A stretch of DNA of 64,000 bases from positions 28,520,001 to 28,584,000 of the forward strand of contig OX597827.1 of assembly GCA_951406725.2 (NCBI GenBank), in the 5' to 3' direction. Source of the stretch: Octopus vulgaris (lineage: Eukaryota). Both the position numbers and the translations under genes were made by a program. Below, piece by piece: positions 45,516-57,529 of the stretch; the stretch's first letter is position 1, and the number at the start of each line of letters is the position of its first letter. The notes under the pieces are model-generated. The model did not search any database, was not told the DNA's origin, and saw only the letters and a program-made list of their open reading frames with translations.

Positions 45516-47393
45516 CTATTTAAAAGCCAGATAAGTGTAACGCCGCCAATGGGGGCATCGAAAAGCCGATTGTAAAAGTCCGTTTACCATCCGGCCTCTG
45601 GCAAACAAAATATGGAAGAGTTCGGAGACACAAAGGTTGCACTGCCTTCTGCCCCTATCAAATGGGAGGGCCACCGACAAAATTGACCATTCCAGCCTGT
45701 AGCTTAAGTTCGTATCCTTCAGTCGCCATATTAGCTTGCTGAGTCCCGTGGTCTGGCGCTTGTTCATGTCCCGAAAAGTTGCGTAATGGTTGGAGACTCG
45801 CAAAGCCAATCTTGACGATGAGGCACCTACATAAGTGAAGACATCTGAGTCCGTGTAAACCTTGCATTGGTAGACGGCGTTTTTGATCTTGGAGTTCGCC
45901 GACGTGAATCTTATTCTGCTAGGATTAGTTTCTGAAATTAGAACTGCGTTCCTGTCACTATATTCGTTCCGAGAACTGCAGCCGCTTACTACTCTATTTT
46001 CCACTACGTCACTATTAACTATAGGAATAACCCCTGATTCTTCACTATCTATCAGAGTGCTGTCATTGCTAGTGCCCGTGGTGCTGCTATTGCTGGAAAT
46101 GATGCTGGGGATGCTATTGGGGCTCTCTACCCTACTCCCATTGTTACCGTCAACCACAACACCCCTATTTATAACTATACCCCTAGTGGGTACTCCCTGG
46201 CTGGAGCTGAGATTATGTGTCACTGTACTGGCTCTCATATCATTATTACTACTATAAATATTCCTACTGAGCATTAAACCGGGAGCGGAAGAGGCTGTGC
46301 CTCCGGAAAAAGGTGATAGGGTCTTAGTAAGTAGCCTATTATTATGGGAGGCGATTATCTGGGCGAGGTTTTTAGTGTTGGAGAAAGCTATCCTAACTTT
46401 ATGCGAGTTAACCGTGGAGTAATATTTGGAATTTCTGGGGAAGTTATTGGCGATGGCTTGTCTAAACATGAGGGGGAGGTTAGTTCTAATCTGCTTACCA
46501 AAGGGAATTACAAACCATATATGCTTATTCCTATCTGTGTGATGGGTCGGGACGCCAGCTCTCGCATTCGGGTGGGTGATTCTCGGATGAATAACGGGTC
46601 TTGGGTTAGTGTAAGATCTCCCGGCCCGATAATTATCCTTGTTCGCTAAATTAAATGCGGGAGCGACTGCCCCGGCATCCGCCGCGCTCCCGTCCTTACT
46701 TAAATTGTTTATGTTATTATAGACGGCCCTATCCTGATGACCGAATGATGGCATCGGAAGGGCCGGATCAATATAAATTACCTTCTGCCTATAACCGGCC
46801 TTGGATAGTGCGGCGTTATAAAATTCCGCTTTCTGCATAAAAATATCGGCACTGGCGGACAAGCCAGACAATCTTAGAGAGATGTTTTTAACCAAATTGT
46901 CTGTTACGGTTTTGGCATGATTTGAGAAGACACTGACATACTTCAAATTAGTGGAAGGCTTATGGTAAGGGCAGTATGAGTCGCTATTAAGGTTAAGTGT
47001 AACGTCTAGGAAATTAGCCTTGGTGAGTTCATTATCAAAAACTATACTCATGCCCATTCTATTAAAAAACCTAGCTAACCTGCTCTTAGTTTTCTGCACT
47101 ATTCTGTTCGTGGTGTTTTGCAGGTAAAACAGACAATCGTCACGATACAGGCCGCCCGCGATCTCCGGGAATTGGTCGGACAATTCGTAGAGAATATATA
47201 TTCCGACCAAATCGGCTATCTGCGCACTATCCGAACTACCCATAGGCACATCAAATTCATTGGGAGTATCTTTACGGATCCACAACTTATTATCAAACTT
47301 AATAAACGATTTCCTGGCAACTAAAATGATATCTATCTCTTCTCTGGTGAGGCCAGCCTTTTTGTGAGCATGCCAAAGGGCCTTATTTAGCAC
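45516..47393 (-). CDS. PLE RT plus C-terminal GIY-YIG endonuclease (N-terminally truncated)
   Basis: FDVPMGSSDSAQIADLVG, GLYRDDCL, NFLDVTLNL, PYHKP..YVSVFSNH; NAVYQCKV..YVGAS..R..NH..F; CNLC..E; RCPH. Confidence 0.88.
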   Translation of the reverse strand: MLNKALWHAHKKAGLTREEIDIILVARKSFIKFDNKLWIRKDTPNEFDVPMGSSDSAQIADLVGIYILYELSDQFPEIAGGLYRDDCLFYLQNTTNRIVQKTKSRLARFFNRMGMSIVFDNELTKANFLDVTLNLNSDSYCPYHKPSTNLKYVSVFSNHAKTVTDNLVKNISLRLSGLSASADIFMQKAEFYNAALSKAGYRQKVIYIDPALPMPSFGHQDRAVYNNINNLSKDGSAADAGAVAPAFNLANKDNYRAGRSYTNPRPVIHPRITHPNARAGVPTHHTDRNKHIWFVIPFGKQIRTNLPLMFRQAIANNFPRNSKYYSTVNSHKVRIAFSNTKNLAQIIASHNNRLLTKTLSPFSGGTASSAPGLMLSRNIYSSNNDMRASTVTHNLSSSQGVPTRGIVINRGVVVDGNNGSRVESPNSIPSIISSNSSTTGTSNDSTLIDSEESGVIPIVNSDVVENRVVSGCSSRNEYSDRNAVLISETNPSRIRFTSANSKIKNAVYQCKVYTDSDVFTYVGASSSRLALRVSNHYATFRDMNKRQTTGLSKLIWRLKDTNLSYRLEWSILSVALPFDRGRRQCNLCVSELFHILFARGRMVNGLLQSAFRCPHWRRYTYLAFK

Positions 47394-47452
47394 ACTAGGG
47401 TTAATCGAGGGGGTAATCGATATAAATATATATATATATGTATATATATATA

Positions 47453-47706
47453 ATGATAAATCTCAGAGCGAGTTATTGTGATGCACATATGCCATTTGAA
47501 TATGGCTAACCCACAAGGGTGGATGCTACTGTAGTTTGTAGCCCCAGGAAGATATCTCCTCCAGCTGGCCATAGACACTCTATCTGTGTCCTGTCAGTAT
47601 TTGTGAAGGGGAGTCATCCTCCCCGTCTTCAACACATGATACACACGTACCCGAGTTTCAAGGTGTTTACCTTTCATCAGCGTGTGACAATCATGGTTGT
47701 CGATGA
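47453..47706 (-). mobile_element. Retrozyme-like element locus 2, left part
   Basis: Same unit as 14239-14822; intact hammerhead at 47642-47686(-). Confidence 0.85.
47642..47686 (-). ncRNA. Type I hammerhead ribozyme
   Basis: cacacg-CTGATGA-aaggtaaacacctt-GAAAC-tcgg-GTA-cgtgtg. Confidence 0.9.
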
Positions 47707-47960
47707 ATTTCTTTATTACGATTATAAAATCATTACATAGAAGGACAATACAGGACATACATACAAAAAACAGTTAAGTGGTTCGATTAAAATTTTCCAT
47801 AATATATGGATTATTCCTTATACAAAATTTGTATTTAAATTGTCCTTTGCATTGACTAATAGAACATTACATTACATTTAGCTTGAGATCTTACCGATAT
47901 ATTTTAAACCTCGGCAACCTATAAGGCCCGCAGCTTTTCTTTCCTCTCCTCCATCCATAG

Positions 47961-50585
47961 TTAAGCCGGGTTTCTGACACCCACCTTTTTTGCCACTTCC
48001 TTCCATCTTTTTTCATACACACCTCGTGGTAAGATCTTTTCCAGCCCCATTTTGCTCTTCAGATGATATCTGAAGTAAGTGAGCAAGCCGGGGCCTGAGA
48101 CAAAGGATCGTATTGCGACTCCTTCCATTCTTGTACGCCACATGCATTCTTTTACTACTGCAACCGTGCAGTGAAAACATGCCTCACCTTCCTTCGAGAG
48201 TACTCGTCCCAGATGCAATAACACGTGTTCTGCGTAACTTATCAAGTCTGACAACATCCGACAGTGTACAAAAGCGTGCTGGACGGTTTCATCGTCCAAC
48301 CCGCATCTTGGACACGTCGGTGGCACTGAAATTCCGTGCCGCGATAACTTCTCGCGAACAGGTAAAGCATTCCTATAACACTGCCAGGCCAGGGATCTTT
48401 GGAAATTATCCAAATACCCCGTTCTGAAAGTCTTTTTAAACAGGTTGGTAAGCTGGTCCTCGTCGAACCCCAGAGCCCCTCCTAGGACGTCGTCGTTCTT
48501 TGCCTCTACCAGCCTGCTATAAAATACCGAGATGGTATTTCCGCAGCCGGCCTTGCCCGCCTTGTGGATCAGCGTGAGTGCCTGTCGGTACTCCTTTTGC
48601 CATAAAGTCAGATTCCGTCTTTTGATGCGACCGGGTTTAAAATTCACTAAGGAAGCCGGTCTCGGGAAAAATTCCCCTGCCAGCGGACTCCACACCTTTT
48701 CACCCTCCAGGTGGTGCCTCAACGCATGTCTGCGCATCATCAACCAAGGCATTCCTAACCCACCCTTTAACGGTTCCTGGCAGCAAACGGAGCGCCTCAC
48801 AAGTGGCTTTCCTCCCTTCCACAAAAAGCGGAAAAGGATTCGCTCCAACTTGCTAAGCCATGAATCGGGGCAAGGGACAGCGGTCAGGCGGTAAGTGATT
48901 ACAGATGCAATGAACATCTGTGCCACCTCCGCCCTTCCTTTCAAGGACAGAGACCTTCCGGACCAGGTCCGTACTATGGCCTCCACCTTGCCCGTCACCT
49001 CACTCCAATTCCTCTCCGTTTGGGAGTCTGACCCAAACCAAACTCCTAGCAACTTAACAGGACCAACCGTCCAGTGTCCCACGACACTGGACGATATCGA
49101 CTTGCTCCTCCAGGTGCCGAGGCGCAAGCCAACCGACTTGTCCTTGTTAACCCTTGCTCCTGCCACCGCCTCGTATCCTCTGATAGCATCTTCTACACAA
49201 GGTAGCTGGGCCTCATTGGACACGATGCGGGTGACGTCATCCGCATAAGCAGTAACCGTCCTCCCACCTCCGATCTCATCCGGGTTACTTCCCAGCCTCT
49301 CCAACTTTCGCAGCAATGGCTCGAGAGCCAACACGTACAAAGGTGGTGACAAGGGGCACCCTTGACGAACTGAACATTCGATCGAAAACGGTTCCGTTAG
49401 GTAACCGTTTATCTGGACGGTGGACTTGATGCTGCTATACATAGCGGACACAAGGCGGGCAAGGCCGGCTGCGGAAATACCATCTCGGTATTTTATAGCA
49501 GGCTGGTAGAGGCAAAGAACGGCAACGTTAATACCTTCTTGTTTCCCAGCGCGTAGCTTAGCTCTAACTCTGCAACCTTCGTGTTTGGAGTTAAGGTGAC
49601 GGTACAATACCGTCCTTGCCGCCATCACTCCGGATGCAGAGCCAGCTTCCATTGCCTCGTTTAGATTCTTAACTAAATCGTCCTCTATCCTAGACCTATC
49701 TAATCTTAGCTGATTACTAAATCTAATGGACTCTGAACGAATGGCTCTTTTGAGGGAGTGCCACCATCTATTGTTAATGATGGTGCCACACAATGCCCTC
49801 TGTACTAACACCTTAATACGGAAGTCTTCACAATTCAAAATAGACTTGTTCAGCTTCCAGTACCCGGGTCCCTGTCTATGGCACTTATCTAATTGCACCC
49901 TACAAGTCACAAATTTGTGATCCGTGTAAGGCACAATGTGAAACTGTGGACAACTAAACGTATCCTTATCTCTTTTCCTAACGAATATCCTATCTATATA
50001 CGATCTGTGTGAGCCATCGTTGTTACTCCACGTCCACTGTGGAACGCTCGACTCATCCAGTCGATAACGGTTCACTAGATCAAAGCTCTCTAGTAGACCC
50101 TTGAGGCTAGGGTTCCCCTTCCTATTGGTTGAGCCAACACTGTCGATCCGCTCTTCGAGGACAGTGTTAAAGTCCCCTACTAAGACTACCGTTTTCGACG
50201 TCGCTAAAAAGTGCTCCAGATTCCGAAAAAAACCCGCCTGCCTACACTCATTCGGAGCGTAGACAGCTACCAACCTGAAGGACTGTTTACTTTCGTGGGT
50301 CACATCCAGAACGACCAACCTGCCTTCTGGGTCCAGAAAGACAGTACTTACCTGCAAGTCCCAGCTCTTCCTGATAAGGACTGCCACGCCCCTTTCTCTT
50401 CCTCGGCTAGGAGAAATAAATTTCTCGAAACCATTTAGAAGAGGCGAGAACGCTTGGGCCCCGTTCATCTTGGACTCGGTTACAATAGCTACGTCCACTC
50501 CGTGTGTCTTGAGGTCGTTCAGGAAACAAATTTGTTTCCATTTCGACCCCATTCCACGCACATTCACACAACCCAGCTTTGCCAT
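47961..50585 (-). CDS. LINE ORF2 (APE endonuclease, RT with internal deletion, CCHC)
   Basis: NVRG, GDFN, IDRI, TDH; GPGYWKLN; VRQGCPLSP, YADD; CPRCGLDDETVQHAFVHC; ~250 aa of RT missing compared with 17309-18931. Confidence 0.9.
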   Translation of the reverse strand: MAKLGCVNVRGMGSKWKQICFLNDLKTHGVDVAIVTESKMNGAQAFSPLLNGFEKFISPSRGRERGVAVLIRKSWDLQVSTVFLDPEGRLVVLDVTHESKQSFRLVAVYAPNECRQAGFFRNLEHFLATSKTVVLVGDFNTVLEERIDSVGSTNRKGNPSLKGLLESFDLVNRYRLDESSVPQWTWSNNDGSHRSYIDRIFVRKRDKDTFSCPQFHIVPYTDHKFVTCRVQLDKCHRQGPGYWKLNKSILNCEDFRIKVLVQRALCGTIINNRWWHSLKRAIRSESIRFSNQLRLDRSRIEDDLVKNLNEAMEAGSASGVMAARTVLYRHLNSKHEGCRVRAKLRAGKQEGINVAVLCLYQPAIKYRDGISAAGLARLVSAMYSSIKSTVQINGYLTEPFSIECSVRQGCPLSPPLYVLALEPLLRKLERLGSNPDEIGGGRTVTAYADDVTRIVSNEAQLPCVEDAIRGYEAVAGARVNKDKSVGLRLGTWRSKSISSSVVGHWTVGPVKLLGVWFGSDSQTERNWSEVTGKVEAIVRTWSGRSLSLKGRAEVAQMFIASVITYRLTAVPCPDSWLSKLERILFRFLWKGGKPLVRRSVCCQEPLKGGLGMPWLMMRRHALRHHLEGEKVWSPLAGEFFPRPASLVNFKPGRIKRRNLTLWQKEYRQALTLIHKAGKAGCGNTISVFYSRLVEAKNDDVLGGALGFDEDQLTNLFKKTFRTGYLDNFQRSLAWQCYRNALPVREKLSRHGISVPPTCPRCGLDDETVQHAFVHCRMLSDLISYAEHVLLHLGRVLSKEGEACFHCTVAVVKECMWRTRMEGVAIRSFVSGPGLLTYFRYHLKSKMGLEKILPRGVYEKRWKEVAKKVGVRNPA

Positions 50586-50612
50586 TGTGGGAGAGAGAAA
50601 AAATAAATAAAC

Positions 50613-52038
50613 TTACGGTTGGGACAGGGAGCATGACAGTTTAAATCTGCCTGCTTCCCCTTCTTCCTCCCTTGTGGTCGTAGCTGCAGGGCTCTTAACC
50701 GGCGTTGCCATCGGGCTCTGGGTAGGTGTGGTTGCCGGAGTTATAATAAGTTTACCCTCCAGTATTTCATTCGTTACATCTCTGATAAGATTATTCTTTA
50801 AATGTTCTTGTAGTGTTTTTTCCTTCCACTCGTCTTCCTTTATTTTTGCAAAGCGAGTGGTTGATTTTGTGTCTGTAGACTTACTGAATAGTTTAAATTT
50901 TGAAAATTTGAAATACTTGTACACCCTATCGTTCTTCTCGTCAAATGCTATAATCTTTTCATTTTTTTTTATCAATTTTTTCAAATCTTGTTTTATGGGG
51001 AGGGGCTTGGCGAACTGTGTTCCAATGAATACAGTGCCGTGGGGGTAGGGCTGGGGAATTTGTTTTGTATGTATCTCTGCGGTGTTTGCTGATTTTTTCT
51101 TTGTTTGGGGAGGGGAGCCCAGGGTGTTATCTTTTTTTCTTTTGTGTGTCACCTGTGTATATTCCATTTGTTCATTTTCATCTTCCGTTTCGGTTCCTTT
51201 CCTTGTCGCAGTCTTGGGTTCTTTTTCCGCCTTTTCTTTTTCAGTGTTTGAAGCACTTTGCGGAGGGGCTTCGTTGATTTTCTTTTTTTTTTTATGCAGT
51301 TTGAGCGGACGTGACCCTTTTCGCCACATTCGAAGCACCTAGGTCTGCGCCCCTCCACTGACACTCTCATTGAAGTTCCCTCCTCATTAAATACCCTATC
51401 GGGTAAGCTTTCTAGTATCTTATTTTCTGCTTGAACGAGGAGTTCTAGCGCTTGTCCTTTCCAGTGCACCTCCTCTTTCCTTCTCATCTGCAGAATTGAA
51501 ACTTCCCGCTCTACGTTGTGCAGGACTGCCGCTGCTACCCACATTATATCATACCCTCTTGGTATATCTTCTACATGTAGTTTGGCTGTTCTTTTCCCAT
51601 ATACGTATGTATCCTCACTTTTCAAGGTCATTGATGACACCTCTCTTGCCACATCAGCCGTGTCGAAATGTGCTTCAACGGTAGCGCTGCGAGCACCTCG
51701 AACAACGTGGCGAATTTTGTCCACACCGGGGACAAGCACTTTTCTACTATCTCGTTCTTGACATCCATTATTTTTTTTTCTTTGTTGCTATAAACTTTGT
51801 ATACAACTGTCTTTGCCTTTATTTCCTGTACCTTCGCTTGCGGCGGTACTAGTTTAATTTCATTGCCTTCCGTTTTTACCAAGTTCCGGTATTCGAATAA
51901 CTGTTCAATCTTGAATTCTACATCCGTTACGGTTCCGCCCACTGCGGCCGAAAAAGACTGTTTTTTGACTTCGGTATCCTTTTGTTCACCTTTTCCCATC
52001 ACGGGAAAGTCGCTCCTCGACGCCAAGTCGAACTCCAT
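50613..52038 (-). pseudogene. LINE ORF1 (gag-like zinc knuckle), frameshifted
   Basis: Three overlapping frames; CFECGEKGHVRSNC; frame changes at or near A-runs. Confidence 0.8.
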
Positions 52039-52267
52039 TTCTCAAATTATGAGAACAAATGTTTCAAAAAAAATTACCTCGAAGGTAATGACAATGTTTA
52101 AACACAGAATTTTCCGGCCCGTAGGGCGAAAATTACTGTTACACAATGGACAACTGTTCAATTCACGAGTAAACACAAACAACGACGAACAAAAAATACG
52201 AACTCACTCAACAAAACGGCAGCAAAATTCTCAAAACGCAGATGAAAGAGGGGTCCCTAGACGAATA

Positions 52268-52897
52268 ACAATCATGGTTGTCGATGAGAAGTCAGATCCC
52301 TTCACAAATACATATACTTTTTCCAGTGTCGGTTTGACACTGATATTGAAAAAGTGAAATCAAACAATGATAAATCTCAGAGCGAGTTATAAACAGTAGC
52401 GGTAACACATCGTGATGCACATATGCCATTTGAATATGGCTAACCCATAAGGGTGGATGCTACTGTAGTTTGTAGCCCCAGGAAGATATCTCCTCCAGCT
52501 GGCCATAGACACACTATCTGTGTCCTGTCAGTATTTGTGAAGGGGAGTCATCCTCCCCGTCTTCAACACATGATACACACGTACCCGAGTTTCAAGGTGT
52601 TTACTTTTCAATATCAGTGTCAAATCGACACTGGAAAAAGTATATGTATTTGTGAAGGGATCTGACTTCTCGTCGACAACCATGATTGTCACACGCTGAT
52701 GAAAGGTAAACACCTTGAAACTCGGGTACGTGTGTATCATGTGTTGAAGACGGGGAGGATGACTCCCCTTCACAAATACTGACAGGACACAGATAGAGTG
52801 TCTATGGCCAGCTGGAGGAGATATCTTCCTGGGGCTACAAACTACAGTAGCATCCACCCTTATGGGTTAGCCATATTCAAATGGCATATGTGCATCA

Positions 52898-52901
<4 letters not shown>
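52268..52901. mobile_element. Retrozyme-like element locus 2, right part: minus tandem continuation (to ~52604) then plus-strand copy (to 52901)
   Basis: Continues the unit across the TSD; ~353-bp period; ends gcatcacgat then (TA)n. Confidence 0.85.
52690..52734 (+). ncRNA. Type I hammerhead ribozyme
   Basis: cacacg-CTGATGA-aaggtaaacacctt-GAAAC-tcgg-GTA-cgtgtg. Confidence 0.9.
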
Positions 52902-52933
<32 letters not shown>

Positions 52934-53530
52934 TCCTCGCTGACCATATATAACTTTCTTTCTGTCTGCTGCTTCAGCAAGTCAACATCGGCTTTTCTGT
53001 CCTCGTAAGCTGTTCTTCAGAATGCGTTCAAATGAATTTTTCCACCGTCTAGGCTTAAAAAAAGCCCTTATTGTTGGTGTCCTTGTCCTGTCTTTTACTG
53101 TTTTTATCTTTATTTGAACTGTTTTTATTACTTTATTTGTATTGCTTTTACGTCCTGTTCTTGCCACCTGTTTTTTACCCCTCCGCAAATTTTTTTTATT
53201 TAATTCGCTTTGCAGCTTAAGAAGGGGAATATTCCTTGTGTGTATGTCTTGTACCCTGTTTTTTCGTTGTTAAAAAAAGTCCGTTTCTTTCTTTTGTTTT
53301 TATGTTTTCGTTTCTCGTTGTGTTCTACGTTTATTTGTGGTGTCCTGTACCCATATATGCATGTATATATACATATAGATGTAGGTATGTACATATATGT
53401 ATGTATGCATGTTTTATTTATTAAATTGTTATTATATGATCGAGCGCATATATATATATGTATACATTTATATATATGTATAGGTATATATAAGTATATA
53501 TATATATATATACATATGCATATATATAGG

Positions 53531-53562
<32 letters not shown>

Positions 53563-53633
53563 GATATATATATTGGTGTATATATATAGGTATATATACA
53601 GGTATATATATAGGTGTATATATATATATACAT

Positions 53634-53672
<39 letters not shown>

Positions 53673-53849
53673 AAGGAGCTTCTACAGGACTAGAACTGTT
53701 ATATATACGTATATATATATGTATAAATATATATATACATATGTATATATATATGTATATATACTTATATATTTATATATACATATGTATATATATATGT
53801 ATATATACTTATATATGTATATATTCCTATAGGTATATATATATATATA

Positions 53850-53901
<52 letters not shown>

Positions 53902-54714
53902 CGCTAACTACCCTGAGATTGTATATGAAGCACGTACTTTTTAACTAAACATTCATATTTGCACAGATATTATTGTGAAAGCGTATCCCGTGTCACCTGC
54001 TAACGTAACAACTCTATTTCTTTTTATTGCTGCCGATGACTCCCACTCTGCTTCTCTCATTCGTTCTTTCTCTCTTTCTTCCTGGGCATAGCAACACACC
54101 CACACGCTCACACACACACACACACACATACACATACACATATACACGACTTTGTGTAGAGAAGGGCGAGTGTTTTCAAAAAGATAACGGGAGATTATAC
54201 AAATGTCAAACAAGAAATTTAGTGTGTACGACAGCGATCCTGTTATCTCTGGAAGTACCATACCAAAAGCTAGACGCGATAAGCTGCCCGATGTGGGCGG
54301 CAGCGGCGGTTGGGTGTCATACAACGCCTTTGCAAGTCGGGATTAATTCAGTTATCACTATTCTGAAGATAATAACATGTCATATAGGTTTGCACAGGAA
54401 GCCCTAAAGCTAATCAAAACCTCTAATTAACAGGTAAATTGGAGCTGATGCATTCTAACCAACTTCCGTGTTTTGAAGTCTCATATCTTACTCGTAGAAA
54501 AAAATTAAATGTGTAACGTTTTGCGGAGACGATGGAATAAATTGAGTTTTTCTAGAACAGTTTTTTTTTCAACTATATCAGATCAACGAAGGTTCTAAAT
54601 ACAAAAAAAAAATTTTAATGAATTTATCATAATAATAATAATAATAATAATAACAACAACAACAATTTTATAATAATGATGATGATGATAATAATAATAA
54701 TAATAATAATAATC

Positions 54715-54757
<43 letters not shown>

Positions 54758-54776
54758 AATAATAACAATAAAAATA

Positions 54777-54834
<58 letters not shown>

Positions 54835-54859
54835 CAACAATAACAATAATAATAACAAC

Positions 54860-54907
54860 AGTGCCACAGCATGGCCACAACTCGTGAGCTGAAACTAGAT
54901 TAAAAAA
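54860..54907 (+). mobile_element. 3' stub of the CR1/L2-like LINE
   Basis: gtgccacagcatggccacaactcgtgagctgaaactaga matches 39767-39805(-). Confidence 0.6.
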
Positions 54908-54932
54908 TACCAACAACAACAACAACAACAAC

Positions 54933-54964
<32 letters not shown>

Positions 54965-54997
54965 AATTTCATGTGGCACATGAAATTTCATGTGGCA

Positions 54998-56610
54998 TTT
55001 TCAGGGTGACTCACTATCACCACTCCTCTTTTGTTTAGCCTTAATACCTCTCTCAAAAATGCTCAATGACGCGCAGTACGGGTATAAAATGTTTGATAAA
55101 AATATAAATCATCTCATTTACATGGATGATTTAAAGCTCTTTGCAAAAAATGACCAACAACTCAAGGGCTTACTAGCGATAGTCAAACAATTCAGTGATG
55201 ACATCAGAATGCAATTTAGCCTCGATAAATGTGCAGAAGCTACATTTATCAAAGGAAAAATGACAGAAACATCTAACGTTAACCTTGACCAGCAGAATGT
55301 CATAAAAGAATTAGACCCAGTGGAGAGCTACAAGTACCTAGGGATAATTGAAAGGGACGGAATAAGGCATTCAGTGATGAAGGAAAGGATCAGGAGAGAA
55401 TGTTATCGCAGAGTAAGAGCAATACTCAAGAGAGAGCTGAATGCGAGAAACAGGATCGAAGCGATCAATGCTTTAGCCATTCCAGTCGTGACTTACAGTT
55501 TCAATATCGTTAACTGGTCAATTACTGAAATATGTAATCTTGACAGAAAAATACGAAAACTGTTGACAATGCATAGAATGCACCACCCTAAGGCAGATAC
55601 ATAACGATTTTATCTGCCACGAAAAGATGGAGGTCGTGGACTTTTACAACTGGCAATAACAATGAAGATTGCTACAATTGGCCTAGACACCTACCTACAA
55701 GAAACAAGCACCGAAAAAGCTAAGCGCATGAAAACCCGTGTTAAAACTGCGGCCTTGAATATTCTAAATGATAAATGGCAAGAAAAACCTCTCTATGGCA
55801 AATACCCAAGGAGAGCGAATAATGCAGATGTTGACAAAGCCCTAACCCATCATTGGCTAATGGCCTCTGGTTTAAAATCTGAAACAGAAGGGTTTATCAT
55901 AGCAGCTCAAGATCAATGCCTACCTACAAGGAACTACCAGGCCAACATATTAAAGAACTCCAAGTGCAGTCTTCTAGCGCCTACAGAGTATCTCAACAGG
56001 CATGATAGAGCTGCACAATATATTCACTGGGTAATTTGCAAAAACCTGGATTTGCCCCATGAAAAAAGCTGGTGGGAACACAAACCACCTCCAGTGCTTG
56101 AAAATGACCACATCTCACTCCTCTGGAACTTCACCATTCAAACTGACAGAAAGATAGATGCAAAAAGGCCAGACATCATATTGAAAGACTTCAGACAAAG
56201 AACATGCCTCATTAAAGATCTTGAAATAGAAATCAGCAAAATGTGGAACCTGAAGACTAAAACAATACCTGTTGTCATAGGTGCCCTGGGAATGATAGCA
56301 AAAGGGACTGATTGGTACCTAACTCAGATACCAGGAAACCCCAAAATGGCAGACATTCAAAAGATAGTGCTCATAGGAACTGCTCATATCCTACGCAAAA
56401 TACTTTCTATGTAATCTCAAGGTTTAAAGCAAACATAATTTGGGTTTTTTTTAGACATTCACTAGTACAACACCAAAAAAAAAAAAACCAAATATATGGC
56501 ACACTAGGCATAACAACAACATGAACTTCCAACCTGTCTCTTGGGGTCTCTGGGTGAGACTTGGAGCCAACTTGTACAAATATAAAGCAAAAGTCAAACA
56601 TAGAACAATA
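54998..56610 (+). mobile_element. 5'-truncated R4/Dong-clade LINE (second family) in (AAT)n
   Basis: FQGDSLSPLLFC, YMDD, SETEGFIIAAQDQ, RHDR, KRPDII, IPVVIGALG. Confidence 0.92.
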
Positions 56611-56657
56611 ATAATAATAATAATAATAATGATGATGATGATGATGATGATGATCAT

Positions 56658-56990
56658 AAATGCCCTGATGCAGTACCAGACAGTGGCTCTCATGGCTTCT
56701 GATCTTAACTGATTGGAAGTGTTATCATGTACATTGTTTTGTCCTGGTATAAAAGATGGGCTACAGCATATATTCTGCTCAATATCACAGATTTGTTTGT
56801 CAGTTGTTTGACCTTCACAGATTTGTTTGTCAGTTGTTTGACCTTAGTGGCTGACGATATGTTCATCTCTGATCACGAGCAGAAGTAGTGGGGGACCATC
56901 ATAGCCGAGTGTTGAAAGTAATTTTTAGAGGTTTGGGTAATTCACATCTGGAAACATGGGTGTTTCGTTCAACATCCTTAAACATTCCTA
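56658..56990 (-). repeat. Probable interspersed repeat with (ATC/ATT) tail and internal 30-bp tandem duplication
   Basis: cacagatttgtttgtcagttgtttgacctt x2 at ~56786-56845. Confidence 0.4.
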
Positions 56991-57236
56991 TTATTGCGTT
57001 TTTTCTACCAGTAATTGAATTGTTTCTTTTCAAGGCAGCGCTGTCAGTGGTCAGTGGCCACTGGTAGTAGTATACATATTTGACCTCTGCTGATCCAAAG
57101 GGTTTGAAAATTCCTTTGTTTCTATGGCTGACCTTCCCACTATCTGCCGAAACTATTTATAGACATGTTGTTATGATCTATTTACCAAACTGCTACCCAA
57201 CTAGTTCGTCAAACAATGGTAGTGGTGGTGATGGTG

Positions 57237-57307
<71 letters not shown>

Positions 57308-57529
57308 TTGCTGCAGCTGCTTAATGCTAACTACAATAATAATGCTACAACTACTACTACTATGATAGCAGAGGAATCTGACGCCCAACCATCAACCTTA
57401 CTCTACCCCACCCCTACTACTGTTGCTGTTGCTGCAACTACTGCTGCTACTACACATGGAAAGTTCCGGGGTAAGAATTACTGCCTGGAAAGTTCAAAGG
57501 AAGAGGAGGAAGGGAGAAATTACTTTCTG

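Larger units (their letters stand above)
44618..47420 (-). mobile_element. 5'-truncated Naiad-type Penelope-like element with 3' UTR/pseudo-LTR, between (TA)n tracts
   Basis: ORF 45516-47393 plus downstream hammerhead. Confidence 0.88.
47707..52267 (-). mobile_element. Full-length L1/Tx1-clade LINE family 2 with 20-bp TSD
   Basis: TSD acaatcatggttgtcgatga at 47687-47706 and 52268-52287; 5' UTR, ORF1, ORF2; 3' end AATAAAGAAAT. Confidence 0.95.
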
